From the sequence record k141_1493513: 14,144 bases of DNA, one strand, 5' to 3'. Below the pieces are notes generated by a model. That model had not been told where the DNA came from, did not search any database, and saw nothing but the letters and a program-made list of their open reading frames with translations. Source of the stretch: a metagenome. Positions within the stretch are counted from its first letter, which is position 1. Each line of letters begins with the position of its first letter. The translations under genes and the position numbers were made by a program. Below are positions 6,990 through 14,127 of the stretch, in pieces.

Positions 6990-7103
6990 TTTGACGGTCG
7001 CGCGAGCGCGCGAGTGAGGTGCGACAGCTGTTTGAATTTGAATTTCAACGAGCGAACGAGCGTCGTCGCGCAACTCGAGTCGAAAGAGGTCGATCGCACG
7101 TTG

Positions 7104-8429
7104 TTACTTTGGGCCGTCACCCTCGCCGAGAATAGTTTTCGTCTTCGCGTTGATCTTGCCGTCGAACATCACGTCGTCAAAGATCTCTAGGGCGTTCAAG
7201 AATGCTTGATCCATGTTGAAATACTTGTACGACGCCAAGCGGCCAACGAAGACGACGCCCGGTTCGGCGCTCGCCATCTCGCGGTACTTTTCGTACAGCT
7301 CCCGGTTCGCTGGGTTCGGCACGGGATAGTACGGCTCACCGTGATCGCACGAATACTCTTTGAAAATAACCGTGCCTTTGCTCTCGCGCACGCCCTCCGG
7401 TTGATTGGGTTTGTGCTTGTACTCGACGATGCGAGTGTATTCGACCTCGGGACCGGGGTAATTCAACTGCAAGCACGGCTGGTAGAAACCGCCGTCGGGT
7501 TCGTGATACTCCTCAAAAAATCGCAACGATCGATATTCAAGCTTGGGCAAGCCTTGAGAGGCGTAGTATGCATCGATCGGACCGGTGAATACGACCGCTT
7601 TCTTCGCCAACGCCTTGAACATTTCGCGGTGCTCAAAAAAGTCCACGTTGAGACGCACAGTGATGTTGGCATCACCCATTATCATGTTCTCAAATATCCT
7701 CGTGTACCCGTGCTTCGGAAGCGCTTGGTGTTGGTCGCTAAAGTACCGGTCATCGGTGTTCGTGCGCACTGGAATACGCGCCAACACGCTCGCGTCGAGC
7801 TCCTCAGGCCATTTATCCCACTGCTTCTTCGTGTAATGTTTAAATATCGCCTCGTACAACTCCGGTCCCGCGCGCGTGAGCGCGCTCTCCTCTCCGTTCT
7901 TCGGGTTATCATTCACACTTCGCCGCGCGTTCAACCAATCCTCCGTATCTTGGTCCGTCTTTAAATCCGCTCCGGGAAATAAAGCGTTCACCGTGTCCCG
8001 ATTCGGTGGAATCGGGACAATCTTATACCCTTTCCCGTCCACATCCACGCTCCCTTTCACCCGGTGTTCGTACGGCATCCACTCGCTAAATCTATTCACG
8101 TACTCCCACACTCGTTCGTGCTGCGTGTGAAACAAGTGCACGCCGTACTGCGACACGCGAAACCCTTTCGCGTTGACGAAATCGTAGCAGTTCCCACCAA
8201 TATGATCGCGCTTGTCCACGACGAGGGACTTCAACCCGAGCTCTTTCGACGCGCGTTCGGCGAACACGCATCCCGAGACACCAGCACCGACGATGACGAG
8301 ATCGAACTCCCCTCGAAGCGCGCGCGCGTCGAGACCGGCGAACCACGATGGGTCGTGGTCGTTTCCGCGGCGAACGGAGATGTCCATCCCGGCCCATTCG
8401 TCGAGCGTCGATGCGCGGTCGAGTGGCAT
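7104..8429 (-). CDS. glf: UDP-galactopyranose mutase, prokaryote-like form (galactofuranose precursor synthesis)
   Basis: ATG 8429-8427 to TAA 7104-7106, 441 aa. It has a Rossmann FAD motif (DLVIVGAGVSGCVFAE...VVDKRDHIGGNCYD). Block-by-block similarity to bacterial Glf, as remembered for E. coli: YGVHLFHT, YTKKQW, RIPVRTNTDDRYFSDQHQALPKHGYT, LEYRSLRF, EYTRIVEYKH, GEPYYPVPNPANRELYEKYREMA, VGRLASYKYFNMDQ. It also carries a ~40-aa N-terminal extension. Confidence 0.9.
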   Translation of the reverse strand: MPLDRASTLDEWAGMDISVRRGNDHDPSWFAGLDARALRGEFDLVIVGAGVSGCVFAERASKELGLKSLVVDKRDHIGGNCYDFVNAKGFRVSQYGVHLFHTQHERVWEYVNRFSEWMPYEHRVKGSVDVDGKGYKIVPIPPNRDTVNALFPGADLKTDQDTEDWLNARRSVNDNPKNGEESALTRAGPELYEAIFKHYTKKQWDKWPEELDASVLARIPVRTNTDDRYFSDQHQALPKHGYTRIFENMIMGDANITVRLNVDFFEHREMFKALAKKAVVFTGPIDAYYASQGLPKLEYRSLRFFEEYHEPDGGFYQPCLQLNYPGPEVEYTRIVEYKHKPNQPEGVRESKGTVIFKEYSCDHGEPYYPVPNPANRELYEKYREMASAEPGVVFVGRLASYKYFNMDQAFLNALEIFDDVMFDGKINAKTKTILGEGDGPK

Positions 8430-8584
8430 TCGCGTTGGAAAAGAGAACTAACTAGAATGATGATGCAGTTCGATCGACGGCGCGCGGCGCGACGGGGCGC
8501 GAAGTGGCGTCGGAGACGTGAGATACTACGCGTACGCGACGCGCCGCTACCGCAATCAGGAGTCTATTCTAAACGGCGCATCGA

Positions 8585-9511
8585 TCACGACCGTGCGGCT
8601 TCGTCAGCGGCGCGAGTGATGTTTGACGATGTGAACTGTGTGATGAGCTGCGCTCGAGATTTCGCGCGCGCGCGTTCGGCATCTCGCGCCGAGTGGTCGA
8701 CGTCGTCGCGCTCGGTGAGCGCCCAAATTTCGACGCGGCGCACGCCAAACGCGCGCGCGCCGTACTCCACGTGCCCAGACTCCAAATGTTCATCGATGAA
8801 CAACCGATGGCGGCCTGCGCGACCAAAAAACCCTAAGCCGTTGACGTACTGCGTGAACCCGCTCGCGCAATACAGCGCCGGCGCGCGCGTCTCCGCTCCC
8901 ATGGCCGCCAATCCTTCGCCCTCGACGAACGTCCAGCACGACGTAAAATCATCTCCACCGAATTCATGCGACACCACGAGCGACGGACTGGCGTGCGCGA
9001 TGAACACCTCGTCTCTGTCGCCCTCGCGCGGCTCGACGACGACCGCCACCGGTCCGACGCCGACGCACCGCGCGAGCAACGCCCCGCGAAAACTCAACCC
9101 GTGCTCATCCGAATCAAACTTCAGCGTCCATCGCGCCCGGCGATCGCTCGGAAGCGCGCGCGCGAGCTCGCTCGCGATCGCCGGGGTCATCAACCTCGCT
9201 CGCGTCGTCGCGCTGCGCAACGCCGGCGCTCTAAGAGCGATGCTGTCGTCGTGCGATCGCGTCGCCCTCGCGTCGCCCGTCGAATTCGCCACCGACGTTT
9301 CGCGGTCGCCATCGCTCGCGCTCGTCGCACACGCCGCGCGCGCGCGTTCGTCCTCGCACGCGCTCGACGTCGACGTCGTCGTACCCATGGCGACGACGCA
9401 CGAAACGCGCGAAAGGAATGCGGTCGAAATCCATCGGTCGCGACGATCGATCCGTTCGATGGTCGCGGTCGCGGTGCGCGGGACCGGGCGATACGAACCG
9501 TCATCCGTCAT
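8585..9511 (-). CDS. TLDc-domain protein (OXR1/NCOA7/TBC1D24-type domain); start codon uncertain
   Basis: 308-codon ORF from ATG 9511 to TGA 8585-8587. The C-terminal ~170 aa show the TLDc pattern: W.L.F.S..HG.SF..L......GP...VV......VF.A......, then NGLGFFG......LFIDE.LE.G.........FGV..VEIWAL. An alternative start at ATG 9388-9386 has a GCCATGG context and would give MGTTTS.... The 527-aa + strand ORF 8064..9647 is its antisense shadow. Confidence 0.75.
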   Translation of the reverse strand: MTDDGSYRPVPRTATATIERIDRRDRWISTAFLSRVSCVVAMGTTTSTSSACEDERARAACATSASDGDRETSVANSTGDARATRSHDDSIALRAPALRSATTRARLMTPAIASELARALPSDRRARWTLKFDSDEHGLSFRGALLARCVGVGPVAVVVEPREGDRDEVFIAHASPSLVVSHEFGGDDFTSCWTFVEGEGLAAMGAETRAPALYCASGFTQYVNGLGFFGRAGRHRLFIDEHLESGHVEYGARAFGVRRVEIWALTERDDVDHSARDAERARAKSRAQLITQFTSSNITRAADEAARS

Positions 9512-9533
9512 CCGTCATCCGTCGTCCGTCGTC
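9499..9533. repeat. Tandem heptamer repeat, (CGTCATC)x3 then (CGTCGTC)x2, followed by GATCC/GATCG low-complexity sequence to 9562
   Basis: Read directly. On the minus strand this gives ATGACGG x3, so three ATGs fall 7 nt apart (9518, 9511, 9504), one in each reading frame. Confidence 0.85.
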
Positions 9534-9574
9534 GTCCCTCGATCGATCCGATCCGATCGACGTCCATCGAGGAC

Positions 9575-9579
9575 AAAAA
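9575..9579 (-). terminator. Pol III T-run terminator (TTTTT) for tRNA-Glu
   Basis: The minus strand reads ...TAGCGAA-A-TC-TTTTT-G. The T5 run begins 3 nt after the discriminator base. Confidence 0.7.
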
Positions 9580-9581
9580 GA

Positions 9582-9682
9582 TTTCGCTATGGGGATTCGA
9601 ACCCCAGTCTACAGGGGGCTTGTCGTCGACGGCGATCATTGATATGAAAGCCTGCCGTGATAACCATCTACACTATAGCGAA
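9582..9682 (-). tRNA. tRNA-Glu(UUC): tRNA-Glu (anticodon UUC) with a 28-nt intron at position 37/38
   Basis: The minus strand reads TTCGCTA TA GTGT AGATGGTTA TCAC G GCAGG CTTTCA [28-nt intron TATCAATGATCGCCGTCGACGACAAGCC] C CCTGT AGAC TGGGG TTCGAAT CCCCA TAGCGAA A. The acceptor stem is a perfect 7 bp with U1-A72, as is common in eukaryotic tRNA-Glu. The T arm is GGGGTTCGAATCCCC. The exons total 73 nt. Confidence 0.85.
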
Positions 9683-9688
9683 CTGACC

Positions 9689-9717
9689 CATCGTCGGCGC
9701 GCCGACGATGACGTCAT
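9689..9717. promoter_or_regulatory. 22-nt perfect GC-rich palindrome overlapping a TGACGTCA (CRE/ACGT-core) palindrome, in the divergent tRNA-Glu / USP39 spacer
   Basis: CATCGTCGGCG|CGCCGACGATG (9689-9710) is its own reverse complement. ATGACGTCAT (9708-9717) contains TGACGTCA at 9709-9716. Further TGACG cores lie at 9783-9787 and 9825-9832 (TGACGTGG). A regulatory role is inferred from position only. Confidence 0.35.
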
Positions 9718-9968
9718 GGTGTCGTTCGCACAAGCGTCCCTCTAGTACGAGGGCTGTGTGTGGACTGCGATGTACTCAATACTGACGAATGCACGAAAAT
9801 TCCCTCGCGTTTGCCCACGCGCGGTGACGTGGGAAAACGTACGGGTATTGTGTGTCGTATAATCGTTGAGTTCGTACTCGTCATGAGAAGAAAACCCGCT
9901 GACGACGCGCGCGTTCGATCGACGCCGTCGTCGTCGTCGACGGCGGGCGCGCGCGAGTGACGTCGCCA

Positions 9969-11333
9969 ATGCCTCGCGCGATGGCGGCGAAACGCGCGCG
10001 CGAGGACGACGACGAGCGCGCGCAGTGCCCGTATCTCGACACCATCAACTGCGATGCGTTGGATTTTGATTTCGAGAAGCGCTGTTCGATCTCTCTCGCG
10101 GACGTGCACGCGTACGGGTGCTTGGTGTGCGGGAAGTACTTCGCGGGACGGGGGAAGTCCACGCACGCGTACGCGCACAGCTTAGAGCGCGCGCACCACG
10201 TGTTCGTGCACTTGTTAACGGGGAAGGTGTATTGCTTACCGGATTCGTACGAAGTGACGCAAAGGGACGTGACGCTGACGAGAATACGGGACGTGTTGAA
10301 GCCGCGATTCGACGAAGCCGTCGTTCGGGGGCTGGAGAACGAAGGACCGCAATGGCGGCGGGCGCTGGATGGCACGGAGTATCTCACCGGGGTCACAGGA
10401 TTGAATAATTTGAAGCACACGGATTACGTCAACGCGACGCTGCAGGCGCTGTCGAGAGTGAAACCGTTGCGTCGAGCGCTGTTGCTCACGCCGAATTCAG
10501 AGGCTGAGAAACCGTCGCTGTGGGAGAGGCTGTCGGAAATTACGAAGAAGATGTGGAACGCGCGCAACTTCAAAGGACACTCGAGCCCACACGAGTTTAT
10601 GCAGTGCGTGCGCGGTCGTTCGAAAGACGCGTTCGGCGTCGATCAAAGCGGCGACGCCGCGGCGTTCATGCGTTGGCTGTTGAATGAACTCATTAGGGAA
10701 GTAAAAGTGCGCGCCAAAGGCACGAAGAAGAGGGGCGAGTTGAATGTGGAGCTTGACGACGTCGTCTCAGATTGTTTCCAAGGCGCGGTAGAAATTATAG
10801 AAGACGACGTCAAGAGCGGCGGCGCGCGGGCGAGCACAGTATCGCCGTTTCTCATGCTCTCTCTAGATTTACCCCCAGCACCGCTGTTCCAAGACGTCAT
10901 GGAAAAGAAAATTATTCCTCAAGTTTCGCTCGAGCACAACTTGCTGAAAAAGTTTGATGGCGCCACACCAGATCCAAAAACTCAGCGGCGGTTCAAAATC
11001 GTAAAGTTGCCAAAGTATTTGATAGTCAACTATTCGCGCTTCACGAAGAACAACTTTTTCACGGAAAAGAACCCGACGATCGTGACGTTTCCGGTGAAGA
11101 ACTTGAACTTGGCGGATCACATTCCCGTGCCCGCGGGTGAGCGAGCGAGGTACAATTTGATCGCTAACATCGTGCACGACGGCACGCCGACAGCGGGGAG
11201 CTATCGCGCGATGGTCTTTCACGCTCCGGATGGTAACTGGTACGAAACGCAAGATTTAAACGTAGTCGAAGTTCTTCCACAACAAGTCAACCTCACCGAG
11301 ACCTATGTGCAAATTTACGAGCGCCAAGACTGA
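9969..11333 (+). CDS. USP39: U4/U6.U5 tri-snRNP-associated protein 2 (USP39 / Sad1), a catalytically inactive USP-fold splicing factor
   Basis: The track ORF starts at GTG 9957. The first ATG is 9969 (MPRAMAAKRAR...), with another at 9981, and the stop is TGA 11331-11333. The ZnF-UBP region CPYLDTINCDALDFDFEKRCSISLADVHAYGCLVCGKYFAGRGKSTHAYAHSLERAHHVFVHL...YCLPDSYEV is nearly colinear with human USP39 as I remember it. The Cys box reads GLNNLKHTDYVNATLQAL (Asp in place of the catalytic Cys) and the His box reads VHDGTPTAGSYRAMV (Ser in place of His). Both substitutions are typical of USP39/Sad1. Confidence 0.92.
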   Translation: MPRAMAAKRAREDDDERAQCPYLDTINCDALDFDFEKRCSISLADVHAYGCLVCGKYFAGRGKSTHAYAHSLERAHHVFVHLLTGKVYCLPDSYEVTQRDVTLTRIRDVLKPRFDEAVVRGLENEGPQWRRALDGTEYLTGVTGLNNLKHTDYVNATLQALSRVKPLRRALLLTPNSEAEKPSLWERLSEITKKMWNARNFKGHSSPHEFMQCVRGRSKDAFGVDQSGDAAAFMRWLLNELIREVKVRAKGTKKRGELNVELDDVVSDCFQGAVEIIEDDVKSGGARASTVSPFLMLSLDLPPAPLFQDVMEKKIIPQVSLEHNLLKKFDGATPDPKTQRRFKIVKLPKYLIVNYSRFTKNNFFTEKNPTIVTFPVKNLNLADHIPVPAGERARYNLIANIVHDGTPTAGSYRAMVFHAPDGNWYETQDLNVVEVLPQQVNLTETYVQIYERQD

Positions 11334-11461
11334 TGGTGATGACGTTGACTGTACGTCGGAAACCGTACGTAGGAAATAGCTCACGATTGATAATATAAGA
11401 CCCTCGCGACAGAATCGCATCACCACTCTCACTGATTTATACCTTACTTATTACACGCTAA

Positions 11462-12199
11462 CTAAAACCCAATCGCCTCCTTCGCGGCGCGCAAGTCCTC
11501 CCTCAGCACCGGCGCGTCCGCGATGGACGCCTCCGCGCTGTTCCCTACTCGTCCGTGGTTTACCGCGGAATCAAAGCTGTACATCACCCGCCACTCGATC
11601 GCCCTCAGTTCGATCGGCCCGAACGTTCTTGAATCCTCATATCTCACCGTCGTGCCCGACTCGGTGTCTGCGTCGCTCGTCACCCAGCAGTGCGCGTTCG
11701 GCACCACGTACACGCTCGCGTTCGCGGCGTCCACGAGCTCGTCGCCCTCGATCGCGGTCACGCGTCGAATCAGCACCCTCTCTCGCTCGCTCGGGTGCGC
11801 AAACGCCACGACATCGCCGACTTGCGCGCTGCGAAACGGGTGCGCCAACCGGCGCGCGAGGACGTAGGATAACTCGCGCGCCGCCGCCGCTTTGTCCGCG
11901 CTCTCGTGCGCCGACGAGGCGTCGCGCCCGAGCGTGGGCGCCATCGCGCCTCCAGCGAAGGCGAAGATCTGCGTCATCCCTTTTGTCGCGATCGCTTCGA
12001 GCGCGCTCGCGAGCGGGGACTTGGCGCGCGATGGCGACGCCGACGCCGCGTCGTCGCCGGCGAGCGAGCGAGCGCTCGGCGAGAACAACCCAGTCGACGA
12101 CGATGATGACGACGACGACGACGACGACGTGGCTGCGGCGAGCGTGGGGACGAATAACGTCATGACGCGCTCCCAGTTATACGCCAATCGGAGCGTCAT
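11462..12199 (-). CDS. Signal peptidase I / mitochondrial inner-membrane-protease (S26) family homologue with both catalytic dyad positions substituted (probable pseudoprotease)
   Basis: ATG 12199-12197 to TAG 11462-11464, 245 aa. S26 landmarks are present in order. GGAMAPTLG sits where the family has G-x-S-M-x-P-T-L. VGDVVAFAHP....VLIRRVTAIEGDEL sits where the family has GD(V/I)V....P......(I/V)KR(V/I).(G/A)..GD. VVPNAHCWVTSDA.....YEDSRTFGPI sits where the family has VP.GH.W(V/I).GDN...S.DSR.(F/Y)GP(V/I). The N-terminus carries a run of 11 serines. Confidence 0.75.
   Translation of the reverse strand: MTLRLAYNWERVMTLFVPTLAAATSSSSSSSSSSSTGLFSPSARSLAGDDAASASPSRAKSPLASALEAIATKGMTQIFAFAGGAMAPTLGRDASSAHESADKAAAARELSYVLARRLAHPFRSAQVGDVVAFAHPSERERVLIRRVTAIEGDELVDAANASVYVVPNAHCWVTSDADTESGTTVRYEDSRTFGPIELRAIEWRVMYSFDSAVNHGRVGNSAEASIADAPVLREDLRAAKEAIGF
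12096..12128. repeat. (GAC/GAT)11 trinucleotide repeat encoding the poly-Ser tract of the S26-like protein on the minus strand
   Basis: Read directly: gac gac gat gat gac x7. The minus-strand frame reads TCG/TCA, which is Ser x11. Confidence 0.9.
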
Positions 12200-12271
12200 C
12201 GAGGGCGAACAGTTTTGAGGCGCGAAGTGATGTTCACTACGACTGCGCGGCTGCGTTAAAATCTAAACAAT

Positions 12272-14032
12272 CTACTCTGCGTGGGGAATCGCCTGGGACT
12301 CGGCCGCGCGCTTCGCCATGAGCGATGGACCGGGGATAAACTTGTACCCGGGGTATTTAAACGTGTAACACGCTTGCGTGGGTTCATCGCACACCTTGTT
12401 GAGATGTTCAAAAGGATCGGTTGGTTTGCCGATTTGAGGCAGTCTGGCGTGCGGAACGCCAAACACATCCCAAGTGTTTTCGCACCCACCGATGGCGGCC
12501 GCTCGGACGTACTCGGCGTCGCCCTTCTGTAAGATGGAGCAAATACCAACCTTGATATCCGAGCTCATGACGCGAAGGAGACGACGGAAACCCTCTGACC
12601 ACTTGGATGGGTGCTCGTAACGCCAACCAGTGTACTCTAAGTACCTGGTTTCATTCGTCGCGATCGCGCGCAACTCGGTCGCTAAAGCCTCGATGCTATC
12701 ATATTTGCGCAGATCCACGTATGAATTCTTTGAGGGCAGCAAGTCATCCACGCTCGACGTGCCGAGATAGACAGGAATCGACCCGCGCGAGAGAGCGAGC
12801 CAAATCTTCTCCGTCATGTACCCGTCGCACATCGGCGCGTTTTCCACGGCGAAATAAAACATATAATGAGCCATCATGGATTGATACTTCAGATCTTCGA
12901 CGCCACGCCCAGGTAATCCTTTGGGTTGCGCAGCGTTGTGCATGCACGATCCCATGGAAAATACAGGGAACGCCTGCGAGAGGTAGGACAAAATCGTTGA
13001 TCTCGGCGGCAGGCAGTCGATGGCGAGCCAAGCGATGCCGGGAATGCGATCTTTGTGCGGCGTTGTATACGCGGGGAAATCGCTGGTGAGCGAATTCAGC
13101 GATGGCCCGAACGGCCACCACAACGCCGACCTCTTCTCATCGAAATATCCAAGGTAATCAAACACGCCGGCGACGCTCTGGCGGTGCAAATCGCCACCAA
13201 ACGTCCCCACGGCTTCGTGCGCGAGGTACATATCCACCTGCCCCGGATCTTTTTTCTCTGGTTTATCGTACGACCCATCTTTCGCTTTGTTTCTCCCTCG
13301 CCATAAAAACGCCGACTGACTAAATATCCGCACATCCGCGACGGTTTCCTGGTCGCACCCGATCACAATCTTCTCAACGCACACCCCTGGCTCGAACAGC
13401 CGTGCGAACCCTTTGACGTACGCCGTATCCCACGCCCCCGATGGCATATCCACGCACATCGTAAACCCAGTCTTCGACTTACTCACCACCGGCGCGTGCG
13501 CGTACGTCTCCGCCGGCGCCGCCGGGTCGTACCCGTGAAACGCATCCGGCAAGTATCGATGATACTTCGGATCCAGCGCCGCGGCGATCGCGAGCTCATC
13601 CACTTTCCCGTACGCATTTTCATAAAACTCCTTCCTCACCGCGATCGCGGGCGTTGGATGGGGCCGATGCCAGGCGTGCCCGCGTCCGTTCGCCCGTCCC
13701 GCGTCGCCCAACGCCGGCGTCGCGTTCGCGCGCGCGCTCGCCCCCGCGCGCGACGCCGCCACCCCAATCACCACCGCCGCGAACGCCAACGCCACGCACG
13801 TCATCGATGACGACGTTTGGACGCGCGCGCACGTCCCCTGACCACTCCCCACGCGTTCGCGCGCGCTCTGTTCGCCGTCGTCCCTCGCCATCGAATGGTC
13901 GTCGTTTGCCTCCAAATCCACGCGCAGCGTTCGTGCGTCGCGTTCGCCGTTCGCCATCATCGACGACGACGGGAGGAGTTTCGCCCGTTCGCTCGCGCGT
14001 GCGTCGACGCCGTTCGACGTCGCCGTCGTCAT
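12272..14032 (-). CDS. GT10-family alpha-1,3/4-fucosyltransferase-like type II membrane glycosyltransferase
   Basis: ATG 14032-14030 to TAG 12272-12274, 586 aa. It has a ~76-aa cytosolic N-tail, then a signal-anchor (MTCVALAFAAVVIGVAAS), then a lumenal domain. The domain carries the GT10 nucleotide-sugar motif region YQSMMAHYMFYFAVENAPMCDGYMTEKIWLALSRGSIPVYLG (family pattern YKF.L.FEN....DY.TEK.W.A...G.VPV..G). Confidence 0.85.
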   Translation of the reverse strand: MTTATSNGVDARASERAKLLPSSSMMANGERDARTLRVDLEANDDHSMARDDGEQSARERVGSGQGTCARVQTSSSMTCVALAFAAVVIGVAASRAGASARANATPALGDAGRANGRGHAWHRPHPTPAIAVRKEFYENAYGKVDELAIAAALDPKYHRYLPDAFHGYDPAAPAETYAHAPVVSKSKTGFTMCVDMPSGAWDTAYVKGFARLFEPGVCVEKIVIGCDQETVADVRIFSQSAFLWRGRNKAKDGSYDKPEKKDPGQVDMYLAHEAVGTFGGDLHRQSVAGVFDYLGYFDEKRSALWWPFGPSLNSLTSDFPAYTTPHKDRIPGIAWLAIDCLPPRSTILSYLSQAFPVFSMGSCMHNAAQPKGLPGRGVEDLKYQSMMAHYMFYFAVENAPMCDGYMTEKIWLALSRGSIPVYLGTSSVDDLLPSKNSYVDLRKYDSIEALATELRAIATNETRYLEYTGWRYEHPSKWSEGFRRLLRVMSSDIKVGICSILQKGDAEYVRAAAIGGCENTWDVFGVPHARLPQIGKPTDPFEHLNKVCDEPTQACYTFKYPGYKFIPGPSLMAKRAAESQAIPHAE

Positions 14033-14127
14033 CCGTCGACGACGACGTCGACCGATGATTGACGCGCGCGCGATCGACCGGGCGACTTTGGTGTTGACGT
14101 CGTCTGGTCGTCGAGGGAGGACGCACG

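Noticed and set aside
5097-7073. Full-length 658-aa version of the POLA2 ORF as listed in the track. The same issue applies to the 9957 start of USP39.
   Set aside because: The listed first codons are TTG (7073) and GTG (9957). In a eukaryotic nuclear gene the first ATGs (6989 and 9969) are the plausible starts. The 7073 start would also leave only 30 nt after the UGM stop.
8064-9647. 527-aa ORF on the + strand, the second-longest in the region
   Set aside because: It is antisense to the UGM 5' end and the whole TLDc gene. It begins at a non-ATG codon and is Arg/Ser/Ala-rich with no recognisable domain. It is the usual shadow ORF of a GC3-rich gene on the other strand.
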